Shown here: positions 28,769 through 38,885 of the stretch, piece after piece
How positions within the stretch are numbered: the first letter of the stretch is position 1
Layout of the letters: every line of letters starts with the position of its first letter
Assembly (NCBI GenBank): GCA_003152105.1
Contig: PLZJ01000002.1
Location: 753,713-817,712, forward strand
Direction: 5' to 3'
Length of the DNA stretch: 64,000 nucleotides
DNA from: Candidatus Levyibacteriota bacterium
GTDB taxonomy: Bacteria; Patescibacteriota; Microgenomatia; Levybacterales; UBA12049
Made by a program: the position numbers and the translations under genes
Notes under the pieces: generated by a model
Database searches by the model: none
The model's input: only the letters and a program-made list of their open reading frames with translations
What the model was told of the DNA's origin: nothing

Positions 28769-29521
28769 TTAATTAATTTCAATATCTGGATTACTTTTTA
28801 ACCCAATTAGTGCCATCATGGTACTAAAATTGTAACCCCCATCTCTTCTATAGGAAAAATATGTATCTTTTAAACAATAGGTGCATTCATTATTAATTTC
28901 AATATTTTCTTTTTTAATACCATTTTCTATCATTTGTAACTTCGCAATCGACTTAAGAGACAATGATTTGGTATTATTTTTTATCTTTCCGGCATTTTTG
29001 TAAGCCCTAAATTTAGCATAAACATCCTCTTTTACCAAAAAATGGCATTCTTCTATGCCTGGGCCGATTCCTGCCAGGAGTAATGAAGGATTAATAAAAA
29101 ACTTTTCTTTAAGCATCAAAATAGCATTGTTTATAATTTCTTTATCAAGCCCTTTCCAACCTGCATGCAAAATACCAATTATGTTTGTTGGAGGATAATA
29201 AAAAAAGATAGGCAGACAATCTGCTACTGTCACTGATAAGTATAATTCATTTTCTGTAGTTACTAAGCCATCTACTTGAGGAATAAAGGAAGTAGTATCT
29301 TTGGTTACTATAGCTACAATATTTTGTTGCGCAAGCAAAGCTGAAACTAATGAAGTTTTTTTTATTTTTACCTTACGCAAAAATGTAGCTCTGTTCTTTT
29401 CATTTTTTATTTTATAATTTTTTGCTTGTAATTTCATTGAACCATCTTGTTTAGTTGATATTTCTGTTACCAAATTTGGGTAAGGAGAAAAAATGGAAAA
29501 TTGAAGAGAACTTTTATGCAT
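28769..29521 (-). CDS. YfiH/PgeF family purine-nucleoside phosphorylase/peptidoglycan editing factor (DUF152)
   Basis: The HAGWKGL motif and the C-terminal CTYCLKDTYFSYRRDG (Cys-x-x-Cys...FSYRR) are characteristic of PgeF/YfiH. Confidence 0.7.
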   Translation of the reverse strand: MHKSSLQFSIFSPYPNLVTEISTKQDGSMKLQAKNYKIKNEKNRATFLRKVKIKKTSLVSALLAQQNIVAIVTKDTTSFIPQVDGLVTTENELYLSVTVADCLPIFFYYPPTNIIGILHAGWKGLDKEIINNAILMLKEKFFINPSLLLAGIGPGIEECHFLVKEDVYAKFRAYKNAGKIKNNTKSLSLKSIAKLQMIENGIKKENIEINNECTYCLKDTYFSYRRDGGYNFSTMMALIGLKSNPDIEIN

Positions 29522-29533
29522 AAAATATGGCGG

Positions 29534-29746
29534 TTAGTTATTTTGACCTAGTTTATAGCCAACAATTATTCCAACAACCGCGCCTACTGTATTGCCAACA
29601 AGTGATTCAATAGATAAAAATGAATACCCAAAGAATACAGGGATATATCCACCGATAAAAGAACCAACAGTAACTGCTATCCAAATCAATGTATTTTGAG
29701 ACATACTGTTATAATAACATAGTCTTTCCATTCTATCAGCACTCAT
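29534..29746 (-). CDS. GlsB/YeaQ/YmgE-family small membrane protein
   Basis: It has the Gly-zipper TM pattern IWIAVTVGSFIGGYI...VGNTVGAVVGIIVGYKLG. The real start is probably the internal Met (MSQNT), which gives 29534..29704. Confidence 0.4.
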   Translation of the reverse strand: MSADRMERLCYYNSMSQNTLIWIAVTVGSFIGGYIPVFFGYSFLSIESLVGNTVGAVVGIIVGYKLGQNN

Positions 29747-29811
29747 TATAATAAATTGCTATTTATGTATTTTTTTAATATAATAGATGATCAATAATTA
29801 CTTCATATTTT

Positions 29812-32724
29812 ATGGATTACATAACAATTAAAGGAGCCAGGGAACATAATTTAAAAAACATAGATGTTCAAATTCCAAAAAATAAATTAGTAGTTTTTAC
29901 TGGTTTATCTGGTAGCGGAAAATCAACACTAGCGTTCGATACTATTTACGCCGAAGGACAAAGAAGATATGTAGAAAGTCTTTCTTCTTATGCAAGACAA
30001 TTTCTAGGAGTAATGAAAAAGCCTGATATAGATGTTATTGAAGGACTCTCTCCTGCTATTTCAATAGACCAAAAATCTGCATCACATAATCCCAGGTCAA
30101 CTGTTGGAACCGTTACTGAAATTTATGACTATTTTAGATTGCTTTTTGCAAGAATAGGTCACCCACATTGTCCAAATTGTGGAAGGGAAATTACTCATTT
30201 AACTAAAGATGAAATTACAACTATTATCATGCAAATGCCAAACAACAAAGGCAAATCGATTAAAGAAAGCATAAAACTTCTAATACTTGCACCAATAGTT
30301 AAAGACAGAAAAGGTGAATACGCAGAACTTTTTAAAGACTTAAAAAAACGTGGATATAAAAAGGTTCGTATAGATAACATGTTGTATGATTTACAAGACA
30401 ATTTTAATCTTATTAAAACCAATAAACATACTATTGAAGCAGTTATTGATCAAGTTATGCTCGGTTATGATACAGACAGGCTACGAATTGCAGGAGACGT
30501 TGAACAAGCATTGGCACTAGGTAATGGAGAAATGGTTGCTTCAACAGTACTTGATAAGGGGTTTACGTTTCCTAAAAGCCCAAAATCAATGGAGGATGAG
30601 CTGTTTTCTGAAAAATTCGCTTGCATATATTGTAAAATATCAATCCCTGAAATTGAACCAAGAATTTTTTCTTTTAATACACCACACGGTGCATGTCCTG
30701 ATTGTAATGGACTTGGATACGTATTAACGGTTGATAAAGATTTAGTTTTTAATAAAAATCTATCAATTAGAGAAGGAGGAATACTTCCCTTCTTTTCTCT
30801 TTATGATAATGACACATGGTTTTCTAGAACATTTAAGACATTTTTAAAAGAGAATAACATTGCTGATAACAAAGAAATTAGTACTCTTTCTGAGGATAAG
30901 CTCCATTTAATTTTGTATGGAACAGGTACTGCAAATTATGAAGTTACAGGAGAAAATAGATTTGGCAGATCAACTGCCATTTACGAACAGTTTCATGGCA
31001 TAATTGAAATTCTAAAAGAACGATTTACGTCTACAGACTCAATGATGGTTCGCTCTCAAGTAGAAAAATTTATGAGAAATGAAACGTGCACCACTTGTCA
31101 TGGTACGAGACTTAAAAATGAAGCGTTATCAGTAACTATTGATGATAAATCAATAGTTGATGTCACATCAATGTCAATTGCAAATACGTTACTTTTTACA
31201 CAAAAATTACCGTCAATAATATCACAAAGAGAAAAAGAAATTGCAAAATTAATTGTTAAAGAAATAATTCTTAGATTAACTTTTCTGGTAGATGTAGGGC
31301 TTGAATATTTAACACTGGCAAGAGGAGCTCATACATTATCAGGAGGAGAGGCTCAGCGAATTAGATTAGCTTCTCAAATTGGAAGCGGCTTAACAGGTGT
31401 TTTATACGTATTAGATGAGCCTTCGATTGGCTTACATCAACGTGATAATCAAAAACTAATTGAAACACTTAAAAAATTAAGAGATTTAGATAATTCTGTT
31501 ATTGTTGTAGAGCATGACGAAGAAACAATGGAGGCAGCAGATTATATTCTAGACTTTGGACCTAAAGCAGGCGAATATGGAGGAGAAATTATTGCAAAAG
31601 GAACTATTTCTGAAATTAAAGAAAACGCTAAATCATTAACAGGACAATTTTTATCCAAAAAAAGACAAATCCATGTTGATTCGTTTTCACCTGAGGTTGT
31701 TAAAGAATACGAAACCTATCAATCACAAAAAGGAAAAAAACTTACACTTTATGGTGCGCAGGAACATAATTTAAAAAACCTAACTGTTGATTTCCCACTC
31801 AATTCACTTATTGTAGTTACAGGTGTATCAGGAAGCGGAAAATCAACATTAATTAACGATATTCTGTTTCATTCTTTAATGACAATGAAAAACCCATTTC
31901 ATCGAGAAAAACCTGGAAAATTTTTACGCTTAGACGGATATGAAAACATTAAGCACATATATCAAATCGACCAATCTCCGATTGGTAGAACACCAAGAAG
32001 TAATCCAATCACATATACTGGCGCGTTTACATATATTAGGGAATTATTTGCAAAAACAAAAGAGGCGCGCATAAGAGGTTATCACCCGGGCAGATTTTCG
32101 TTTAACGTCAAAGGGGGAAGATGCGAAGCTTGTGAAGGAGAGGGTCAAATTAAAATAGAAATGCAATTTATGCCAGATGTTTACATAACATGCGAGGTAT
32201 GCCAAGGGAAGCAATACAATGCAGAAGCACTTGAAATACTTTTTAACGATAAAAATATTGCAGACATTTTACGAATGAGCGTTGAAGAGGCATTACATTT
32301 CTTTGGCTTTTCCAAAACTCTATCTCATAAATTGCAGGTTCTTTCAGACGTTGGTTTGTCATATATTAAACTCGGACAACCAGCACCAACACTTTCTGGC
32401 GGAGAAGCACAACGAGTGAAACTTGCAACTGAGCTTTCAAAAAGAGGAAAAGATAGTCTTTATTTACTTGATGAACCTACTACTGGTCTTCATTTTGCAG
32501 ATTTAGAAAAATTACTATTTGTATTAAAACGTTTAGTTTACCAGGGCAATACCGTAATAGTCATAGAGCATAATTTAGATATTATTAAAAATGCAGATTA
32601 CATAATTGACCTTGGTCCGGAAGGTGGAGATAAAGGTGGAGAAATTATTGCAATGGGAAGTCCTAAACAAGTTGCAGAAAATGACCGCTCATACACTGGA
32701 AAAGTTTTAAATAAAGTGCTTTAA
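29812..32724 (+). CDS. uvrA: excinuclease ABC subunit A
   Basis: It starts MDYITIKGAREHNLKNIDVQIPKNKLVVFTGLSGSGKSTLAFDTIYAEGQRRY and has two ABC ATPase modules with Zn-finger Cys clusters. Length is 970 aa. Confidence 0.9.
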   Translation: MDYITIKGAREHNLKNIDVQIPKNKLVVFTGLSGSGKSTLAFDTIYAEGQRRYVESLSSYARQFLGVMKKPDIDVIEGLSPAISIDQKSASHNPRSTVGTVTEIYDYFRLLFARIGHPHCPNCGREITHLTKDEITTIIMQMPNNKGKSIKESIKLLILAPIVKDRKGEYAELFKDLKKRGYKKVRIDNMLYDLQDNFNLIKTNKHTIEAVIDQVMLGYDTDRLRIAGDVEQALALGNGEMVASTVLDKGFTFPKSPKSMEDELFSEKFACIYCKISIPEIEPRIFSFNTPHGACPDCNGLGYVLTVDKDLVFNKNLSIREGGILPFFSLYDNDTWFSRTFKTFLKENNIADNKEISTLSEDKLHLILYGTGTANYEVTGENRFGRSTAIYEQFHGIIEILKERFTSTDSMMVRSQVEKFMRNETCTTCHGTRLKNEALSVTIDDKSIVDVTSMSIANTLLFTQKLPSIISQREKEIAKLIVKEIILRLTFLVDVGLEYLTLARGAHTLSGGEAQRIRLASQIGSGLTGVLYVLDEPSIGLHQRDNQKLIETLKKLRDLDNSVIVVEHDEETMEAADYILDFGPKAGEYGGEIIAKGTISEIKENAKSLTGQFLSKKRQIHVDSFSPEVVKEYETYQSQKGKKLTLYGAQEHNLKNLTVDFPLNSLIVVTGVSGSGKSTLINDILFHSLMTMKNPFHREKPGKFLRLDGYENIKHIYQIDQSPIGRTPRSNPITYTGAFTYIRELFAKTKEARIRGYHPGRFSFNVKGGRCEACEGEGQIKIEMQFMPDVYITCEVCQGKQYNAEALEILFNDKNIADILRMSVEEALHFFGFSKTLSHKLQVLSDVGLSYIKLGQPAPTLSGGEAQRVKLATELSKRGKDSLYLLDEPTTGLHFADLEKLLFVLKRLVYQGNTVIVIEHNLDIIKNADYIIDLGPEGGDKGGEIIAMGSPKQVAENDRSYTGKVLNKVL

Positions 32725-32769
32725 GTGTTTAGTTTCCTCTGTTATTATTAATAAATCCACAAAAACCTT

Positions 32770-34587
32770 ATGGTAAGAAAAATACTAATTATTTTTTCAT
32801 TTCTTTTTTTGCTCGCTGCGTTCCACAACGTTGGTACAGTATATGCTAAACGAGATATTATCTCTTCTTATGATGTTACGTATCGTGTAAATGAGGATGC
32901 TTCGACTCATGTTACGTTTCTTGTAACACTTACAAATGAATCAAGTCAATCTTATGCTTCTTCTTATAAACTGTTGCTAGGATTTTCAAATATGAGCAAT
33001 ATTAAAGCTTCAGATCCCATTGGTTCTCTAATCCCAACTATTATTGAAGATTCAAAAGGTAAAACAGTCCAACTTGATTTTAACAAACATGTTGTTGGTG
33101 TAGGCAAACAACTCATTTTTACTCTATCATTTGATACAACTGACGTTGCGCAAAAAGAAGGGCAAATTCTTGAGGTAAATATTCCCGGTATTGCCAACGC
33201 TTCCCAATTTGAAAATTTTAATGTACATCTGATAGTTCCTCCTGAATTTAAACAACCAACGTATATAAAGCCAAATATTGCATTTAGTACATTTGATTTC
33301 ACAAAAACGCAATTAGGTACTTCAGGAATCTCGTTAGCTTTTGGGAAACAGCAAGAATTTGTTTTCTCGTTAACGTATCATCTGCAAAATAACAATATAT
33401 TTCCGCACACACAATCTATCGCTCTTCCTCCAGATACTAATTATCAAAAAATTACTATTGGTTCTATAAATCCTCAACCAGAAAGCGTAACCAAAGACAT
33501 AGATGGAAATTGGATAGCTACATTTAATCTAAACGGAGTTGGTACTAAAACAATTCTTGTAAAAGGAAAAGCTTTTATTACTCTACGTCCGAAAAATGAA
33601 CAAATTACCGATCAACAAAAGTTATTATATACACAAAACCAGCAGTATTGGGAAACACAAACGCCACAAATTCAACAAATTGCTAGATCCCTCAAAACAC
33701 CAAAAGCAATATATGATTATGTAGTCAAGACATTACATTATGATTTTTCTCGTGTAGTTGATAGCAAAAATAGACTTGGGGCTGCTTCGCTTATATCAGA
33801 TCCTAGTTCAGCTGTATGTTTAGAATTTAGTGATCTGTTTATTGCAATTGCCAGAGCAAACGGAATTCCAGCTCGAGAACTTTCAGGATATGCATATACG
33901 CAAAATACAAAAGAAAGACCACTATCGCTTGTTAAAGACATATTGCATGCTTGGCCAGAATATTATGATTTTTCAAAAAAAACGTGGATAATGGTTGACC
34001 CTACATGGGGCAATACTACAGGAGGTATCGATTATTTTGATACATTGGATTTTGATCATTTTGTTTTTGCAATTCAAGGAGCTAGCAGTACGTACCCCAT
34101 TCCAGCTGGAGGTTATAAAACAGAAGCAAGTAAAAATGTAAAAGACGTTTCGGTTTCGTTTGGAAATGATGTGCAAAATAATAATTTTACTCAATCTGTG
34201 GAAGTAAAAATGCCTGCGCATGCTTATGCTGGACTTCCTCTTTTTGGAACAGTAACAATCAAAAATGATGGTGGCGTTTCTATGCCTGCGCAAAATATCA
34301 GTATCTTATCAAACAAAATTGACCAAAAGGGTCAACCTGTATCTTATAGAGAAATACTACCGTTTGGCTATGAAACTGAACAATTCTTACTTCCCCAAAC
34401 ATCACTTTTGACAAATGAATCTGATACTCTTACAATTAAATCCTATAATGAGTCGGTGAGGCTACAATTTAACGTTTCACCTATTCCATTATCATTTTTA
34501 GCAATAGGAGGCATATTTGTTGCAATATTTAGCACAGCAATACTTATTATTACCAAAAGAACCTGGCGTATATCTCTTTTTAAATAA
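32770..34587 (+). CDS. surface-anchored transglutaminase-like (cysteine protease superfamily) protein
   Basis: It has an N-terminal signal/TM and a C-terminal TM anchor. The core AVCLEFSDLFIAIARANGIPARELSGYAY provides the Cys, DILHAWPEYYD provides the His and WIMVDPTWG provides the Asp, forming a transglutaminase-like triad. Confidence 0.55.
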   Translation: MVRKILIIFSFLFLLAAFHNVGTVYAKRDIISSYDVTYRVNEDASTHVTFLVTLTNESSQSYASSYKLLLGFSNMSNIKASDPIGSLIPTIIEDSKGKTVQLDFNKHVVGVGKQLIFTLSFDTTDVAQKEGQILEVNIPGIANASQFENFNVHLIVPPEFKQPTYIKPNIAFSTFDFTKTQLGTSGISLAFGKQQEFVFSLTYHLQNNNIFPHTQSIALPPDTNYQKITIGSINPQPESVTKDIDGNWIATFNLNGVGTKTILVKGKAFITLRPKNEQITDQQKLLYTQNQQYWETQTPQIQQIARSLKTPKAIYDYVVKTLHYDFSRVVDSKNRLGAASLISDPSSAVCLEFSDLFIAIARANGIPARELSGYAYTQNTKERPLSLVKDILHAWPEYYDFSKKTWIMVDPTWGNTTGGIDYFDTLDFDHFVFAIQGASSTYPIPAGGYKTEASKNVKDVSVSFGNDVQNNNFTQSVEVKMPAHAYAGLPLFGTVTIKNDGGVSMPAQNISILSNKIDQKGQPVSYREILPFGYETEQFLLPQTSLLTNESDTLTIKSYNESVRLQFNVSPIPLSFLAIGGIFVAIFSTAILIITKRTWRISLFK

Positions 34588-35812
34588 ATCAGGAGATATT
34601 TTATATGTTGGGAAAGCAAAGAATTTAAAAAGCAGAGTATCTTCATATTTTGTAAATAAAAATAATTTAGGAGAAAAAACAAAACTTTTAGTTTCACAAA
34701 TTCATAAAATTTCATATGTTATTGTTGCATCAGAAATAGAATCACTGCTTCTGGAAGCAAAATTAATTAAAAAACATAATCCTAAATTTAATATTCGACT
34801 AACTGATGGGAAATCTTATCCGCTAATTAGAATAACAATAAAAGAACCTTATCCTAAAGTATTAATTGCAAGACGAATTGATGACAATACATCAATCTAT
34901 TTTGGCCCTTTTCCAAACACTGGTGCAATGAAACTTGTACTAAGAACAGTTAGAAAAATATTTCCTTTTGAATCAGTCAGAAATCATCCGAAACGATTTT
35001 GCCTCTATCATCATCTTAATTTATGTCCGTGTGCAGAGGTTTATAATACTGACACTAGCCGTAAGGAATATCTAAAAACTATCCGATATGTAATATCCTT
35101 TTTAGATGGAGATGTGAAAAAAGTTGTCAATGATTTGATAAAAGAACAAAAACTAGCCAGTACAAATGAAGAATTTGAAAAGGCAAGCTATATACAAAAA
35201 CAATTACATGCAATAGATATAGTTACAAGTCCAATTCATAAACCCTTTGATTACGAATCAAATCCAAATCTAGTAGAAGACAAAAGAAGCCAGGAATTAT
35301 TATATTTGCAAAAAGTACTTGTAGATAACAACATACGAGTTGCGTATCCAACTCGGATAGAATGTTACGACATTTCAAATATTCAAGGCACAAATGCAGT
35401 TGCATCAATGGTAGTTTTTACTAACGGAGAAAAGGATGCAAAATGGTACCGAAGATTTAAAATGAAAATCGAAGGTAAACCAAATGACTTTGCTATGATG
35501 AACGAAGTCATTACAAGAAGATTAAAACATGAAGAATGGCCCTTTCCACAGCTTATTGTTGTAGATGGCGGTAAAGGGCAAGTAGGAAGCTCACAAGATG
35601 CTTTAAATGTAAGTGGCAAAGATATACCATTAATTGGACTTGCTAAGCGTTTAGAAACAATAGTGCTTCCAAATTCTAAAGAAATAAAATTGCCTGATGA
35701 TACACCTGCTTTGCATTTACTAATGAGATTAAGAGATGAAGCGCATCGTTTTGCCATCACATATCATAAAAAAATACGATCTAAAAACGCCTTATTGACT
35801 GCAATTGGGTAA
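34517..35812 (+). CDS. uvrC: excinuclease ABC subunit C, short form (GIY-YIG + UVR + RNase H-like; no C-terminal HhH)
   Basis: GVYLFLNKSGDILYVGKAKNLKSRVSSYF matches UvrC [30 protein letters not shown]. The C-terminal RIECYDISNIQGTNAVASMVVF...RDEAHRFAITYHKKIRSKN is the endonuclease domain. The protein ends at 431 aa without the (HhH)2 tail. Its start overlaps the upstream gene by 71 nt. Confidence 0.75.
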   Translation: MLQYLAQQYLLLPKEPGVYLFLNKSGDILYVGKAKNLKSRVSSYFVNKNNLGEKTKLLVSQIHKISYVIVASEIESLLLEAKLIKKHNPKFNIRLTDGKSYPLIRITIKEPYPKVLIARRIDDNTSIYFGPFPNTGAMKLVLRTVRKIFPFESVRNHPKRFCLYHHLNLCPCAEVYNTDTSRKEYLKTIRYVISFLDGDVKKVVNDLIKEQKLASTNEEFEKASYIQKQLHAIDIVTSPIHKPFDYESNPNLVEDKRSQELLYLQKVLVDNNIRVAYPTRIECYDISNIQGTNAVASMVVFTNGEKDAKWYRRFKMKIEGKPNDFAMMNEVITRRLKHEEWPFPQLIVVDGGKGQVGSSQDALNVSGKDIPLIGLAKRLETIVLPNSKEIKLPDDTPALHLLMRLRDEAHRFAITYHKKIRSKNALLTAIG

Positions 35813-35832
35813 TAGTGGCAGCAATACTGTAA

Positions 35833-37191
35833 TTATTTTTTAGTGAGAGAATATACGTAGGGGTAATATAAAAACGATGCGGGAGCTCCATCAATTAAAT
35901 ACTTTTCAAAATCTGCATATATTATTTTTCTGGCATTTACATCAATAGTTTTTCTTCCATCCTCTAGTAATTGGTCAATTCTCAAATCTCTGAAGTTTCC
36001 AATATTCAAGGGTTGACCGGAATGCCATAACGAATATTGATCTGGATCTTTCGGTGGATTAAACGCATATAAGAATACTTGAAAATTTCCTGGTATGCTA
36101 TCAACTATTACAATATTTGACTTAACATTAATCTTTTCCCAATTTCTCTGTATTATTTTTGCGGTTTGAACATATTCTGGAAAAGTTGTAATAGTCAGCG
36201 TCATTGGACCATTAATATTTGCTGCTTTTAACAGTAATTGGGAATGAGTAAAATCTTGTAGCCTTTGAAAATCAGGGTCATTTATTGCAAACCACATTTG
36301 GGGAGGATAGGGAGTGTAAGTACGAGAACCGTAAGGAAATGTATTGGGCAAAGCATAGGTTAATGCATCTCGTATTCTTTTATCCGACAAGTATTTACTA
36401 TCTGAAGTATTGTAAAACAACGTGACTAAATTATTACTATCTAAACTTTTTATAATTTCAGTATTTGGAAATTTTGAAAACGTTGTTTTGTTATAATCAA
36501 TATCCGTTAATCCAATTACTTTATTTATTTCTCCAAGCACATACGCAGTCTTTAATGCATCTTGTGTTGGATAAAATTGATATGTTTTTGTCATATAGGA
36601 ATTTTTAGAAGCAATTAATTTTATTGTTTGAACAAAATCTCCATTTAAAGTAACATTTTGTATGCGGTACTTACCGACACCAATATTGCTGTTTTTTAAT
36701 ATTGGGTGAGAAAGTGTGACTAAAAATGGTGAATAAGAATCTTTAAGATGAAATATCATAGCATAAGCTGATGGGCGAGAAATGGTTACATCCTTATAAG
36801 AAAGATTAATATCTTTTGAGGTAACATTTGTACCGTCTGAAAAATATAAATTATTAAAGAGATCAAATTTATAAGTTTTTCCATCACTTGAAACTACCCA
36901 TCTTTTCGCAATTCCTGGTTTTGGTGTACCATCTGGAGCTAGCGTAGTTAAACCAACGGACACATCCTGAAGGATAAAGGTTGGAAGAGAATCGAGTGTA
37001 TATGCTCCTACAATTCCAATTCTTTGTTGTTCTGATATTGCAAGTTTGGCAAGAAGAAAATCTGCGGAAAATTTTAGAAATAAAAATAATGCTAATCCTA
37101 TAATGAAAAAGAATAGTAGAGATTTCCCCTTTTTTTTAAGATATGCTCTAATCAGCCATATAAACAGGCGTCTGCGACGTAAAAATATCAT
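35833..37191 (-). CDS. membrane-anchored solute-binding protein, family 5 (peptide/nickel SBP-like)
   Basis: An N-terminal TM is followed by GLTTLAPDGTPKPGIAKRWVVSSDGKTYKFDLFNNLYFSDGTNVTSKDI, the typical SBP_bac_5 N-lobe pattern. No ABC partner genes are adjacent. Confidence 0.45.
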   Translation of the reverse strand: MIFLRRRRLFIWLIRAYLKKKGKSLLFFFIIGLALFLFLKFSADFLLAKLAISEQQRIGIVGAYTLDSLPTFILQDVSVGLTTLAPDGTPKPGIAKRWVVSSDGKTYKFDLFNNLYFSDGTNVTSKDINLSYKDVTISRPSAYAMIFHLKDSYSPFLVTLSHPILKNSNIGVGKYRIQNVTLNGDFVQTIKLIASKNSYMTKTYQFYPTQDALKTAYVLGEINKVIGLTDIDYNKTTFSKFPNTEIIKSLDSNNLVTLFYNTSDSKYLSDKRIRDALTYALPNTFPYGSRTYTPYPPQMWFAINDPDFQRLQDFTHSQLLLKAANINGPMTLTITTFPEYVQTAKIIQRNWEKINVKSNIVIVDSIPGNFQVFLYAFNPPKDPDQYSLWHSGQPLNIGNFRDLRIDQLLEDGRKTIDVNARKIIYADFEKYLIDGAPASFLYYPYVYSLTKK

Positions 37192-37198
37192 ATTTTAC

Positions 37199-37417
37199 TC
37201 AATGAGGAAAAAGTAATGCAATAGATAATATTGCAAACAGAATTACAAGTCCCATTGTTATCCATACAAGAAATTTTTCAACGCTTCTTTTGCTTCTATA
37301 AAATTCTCCGCCGCCTCCAAAAGTAGAAGAAATACCTGCACCTTGCATTTGGAGTAAAATGCATGCAATAAGTCCTATTGCAACGATTAATTGAAGAATT
37401 TGTAAAAATGTACTCAT
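37199..37417 (-). CDS. secG: preprotein translocase subunit SecG
   Basis: The 72-aa protein has two TM segments and a central Gly-rich loop LQMQGAGISSTFGGGGEFYRSKR, the SecG pattern. Confidence 0.7.
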   Translation of the reverse strand: MSTFLQILQLIVAIGLIACILLQMQGAGISSTFGGGGEFYRSKRSVEKFLVWITMGLVILFAILSIALLFPH

Positions 37418-37425
37418 CAGTAGTA

Positions 37426-38391
37426 TTATAACTGCTTTATAACTGCCTTTGCAAGCTTATCGCTGTTGTGATACAGAGGAAATTCTTCATCAATTAAATC
37501 ATGCGTTACGACGTTGTAGGCAACTTTTTGTGGAAGGGTAAGAGGAACAAATGAATATTGCTTTTTAAATTTTTTTGGAATTACCGCATCAATTTTATTA
37601 TTAATAAAAAAAGTATCAAAAATATGAGATTTTGTATGTTTTTTAATGGCATTTGCAAAATCCGAAATTGTATAATTTTTTGTCTCAAAACTCTTATTTG
37701 CAACATTTACAACAAAAAACTTTTTGGCTTTTGCATCAATTACTGCTTGTAAAATAGCAGGTATGAGAAGTACTGGCATAATTGTGGTGTATAAATCACC
37801 TGGTCCTGCAATAATACAATCTGCATTTCTTATAGCAGTAATAACTTCCTTGGGTACTCTTGGATCCTTTGGTTGTAAATACAATTTTCTAATTTCACCT
37901 TTAAATAATCCTTTATCTATATTTTGTTCTCTTTTTACAATATGATGCGTTGAAGTTTTTGCCTCTATCCCTATCTGATCTAGTGTTGAGGGATAAATTT
38001 TGCCTTTTGTGTTAAACATTTTTTCAAGTTCTGCAATTGTTACTAATACATCACCAGTAATATCCTGTAGCGAAGCAAAGAGTAAATTTCCTATTTTTTG
38101 ACCATATATTGATTTATCAGCTCCGTATCTATTTCCTGGAAATCTATATTGAAGTAAGTTTTGCATGCGATCATCTGCTTCTGACAATGCTATCATGCAG
38201 TTAATAATATCTCCAGGAGGTAAAATATTAAATAATCTTCTCAGTCGTCCAGACGAACCACCATCATCAGCCATTGAAACTACTGCGGTTATGTTAGTTG
38301 TATACGCTTTTAATCCACGGAGTAAATTAGCAGTTCCCACGCCTCCGCCTAGACAAACAAATCGTGATTGACTTATTTTTTTGTTATCCAT
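37426..38391 (-). CDS. yvcK: gluconeogenesis factor YvcK (CofD-like, UPF0052)
   Basis: CLGGGVGTANLLRGLK and VVSMADDGGSSGRLRR are signature YvcK motifs. Confidence 0.75.
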   Translation of the reverse strand: MDNKKISQSRFVCLGGGVGTANLLRGLKAYTTNITAVVSMADDGGSSGRLRRLFNILPPGDIINCMIALSEADDRMQNLLQYRFPGNRYGADKSIYGQKIGNLLFASLQDITGDVLVTIAELEKMFNTKGKIYPSTLDQIGIEAKTSTHHIVKREQNIDKGLFKGEIRKLYLQPKDPRVPKEVITAIRNADCIIAGPGDLYTTIMPVLLIPAILQAVIDAKAKKFFVVNVANKSFETKNYTISDFANAIKKHTKSHIFDTFFINNKIDAVIPKKFKKQYSFVPLTLPQKVAYNVVTHDLIDEEFPLYHNSDKLAKAVIKQL

Positions 38392-38777
38392 GACATGAAT
38401 GCGTCTAAAACTGCAAGCATTCCTGCAGTAACTATAAACGCAATAAGCGTATTCATATGAAGTCTAGGAATAATAAATCCAGCAGAGGAAAATCCAGGGT
38501 AGGTAAATGCCTTTACAGATATTTGCGGTATTATTACAGTAAGACCATATAAAATAAGTCCATTACTAATAAACGAAAAGAGACCCAGACTTACAAGGTT
38601 AAGAGGTAATGAAACTATGTTAATAATTGGTTTAATAAAAATAGATACTAATGAAAGTATAAATCCTCCTATTATAAAAACTAGTATTCCCCCCTGTACC
38701 TGTACACCAGGAAAGGCAAGTGTAAGGAGAAAGAGAGATAACGCATTAAAAAATGTCATGCGTAATATTTTTTTCAT
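38373..38777 (-). CDS. DUF360/YvlD-type 4-TM 'phage holin superfamily IV' membrane protein
   Basis: FFNALSLFLLTLAFPGVQVQGGILVFIIGGFILSLVSIFIKPIINIVSLPLNLVSLGLFSFISNGLILYGLTVI matches the DUF360 consensus layout. The call is from memory. Confidence 0.45.
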   Translation of the reverse strand: MKKILRMTFFNALSLFLLTLAFPGVQVQGGILVFIIGGFILSLVSIFIKPIINIVSLPLNLVSLGLFSFISNGLILYGLTVIIPQISVKAFTYPGFSSAGFIIPRLHMNTLIAFIVTAGMLAVLDAFMSWITKK

Positions 38778-38885
38778 GGCAGCCTCTCGTACTGGACATT
38801 ATACAGCTTAACCAAGAATTTGTATAGGTATGTCAGAACTTGTAAAAAACGAAAATACTTTGTATAGTACGTAAACAATATATTT

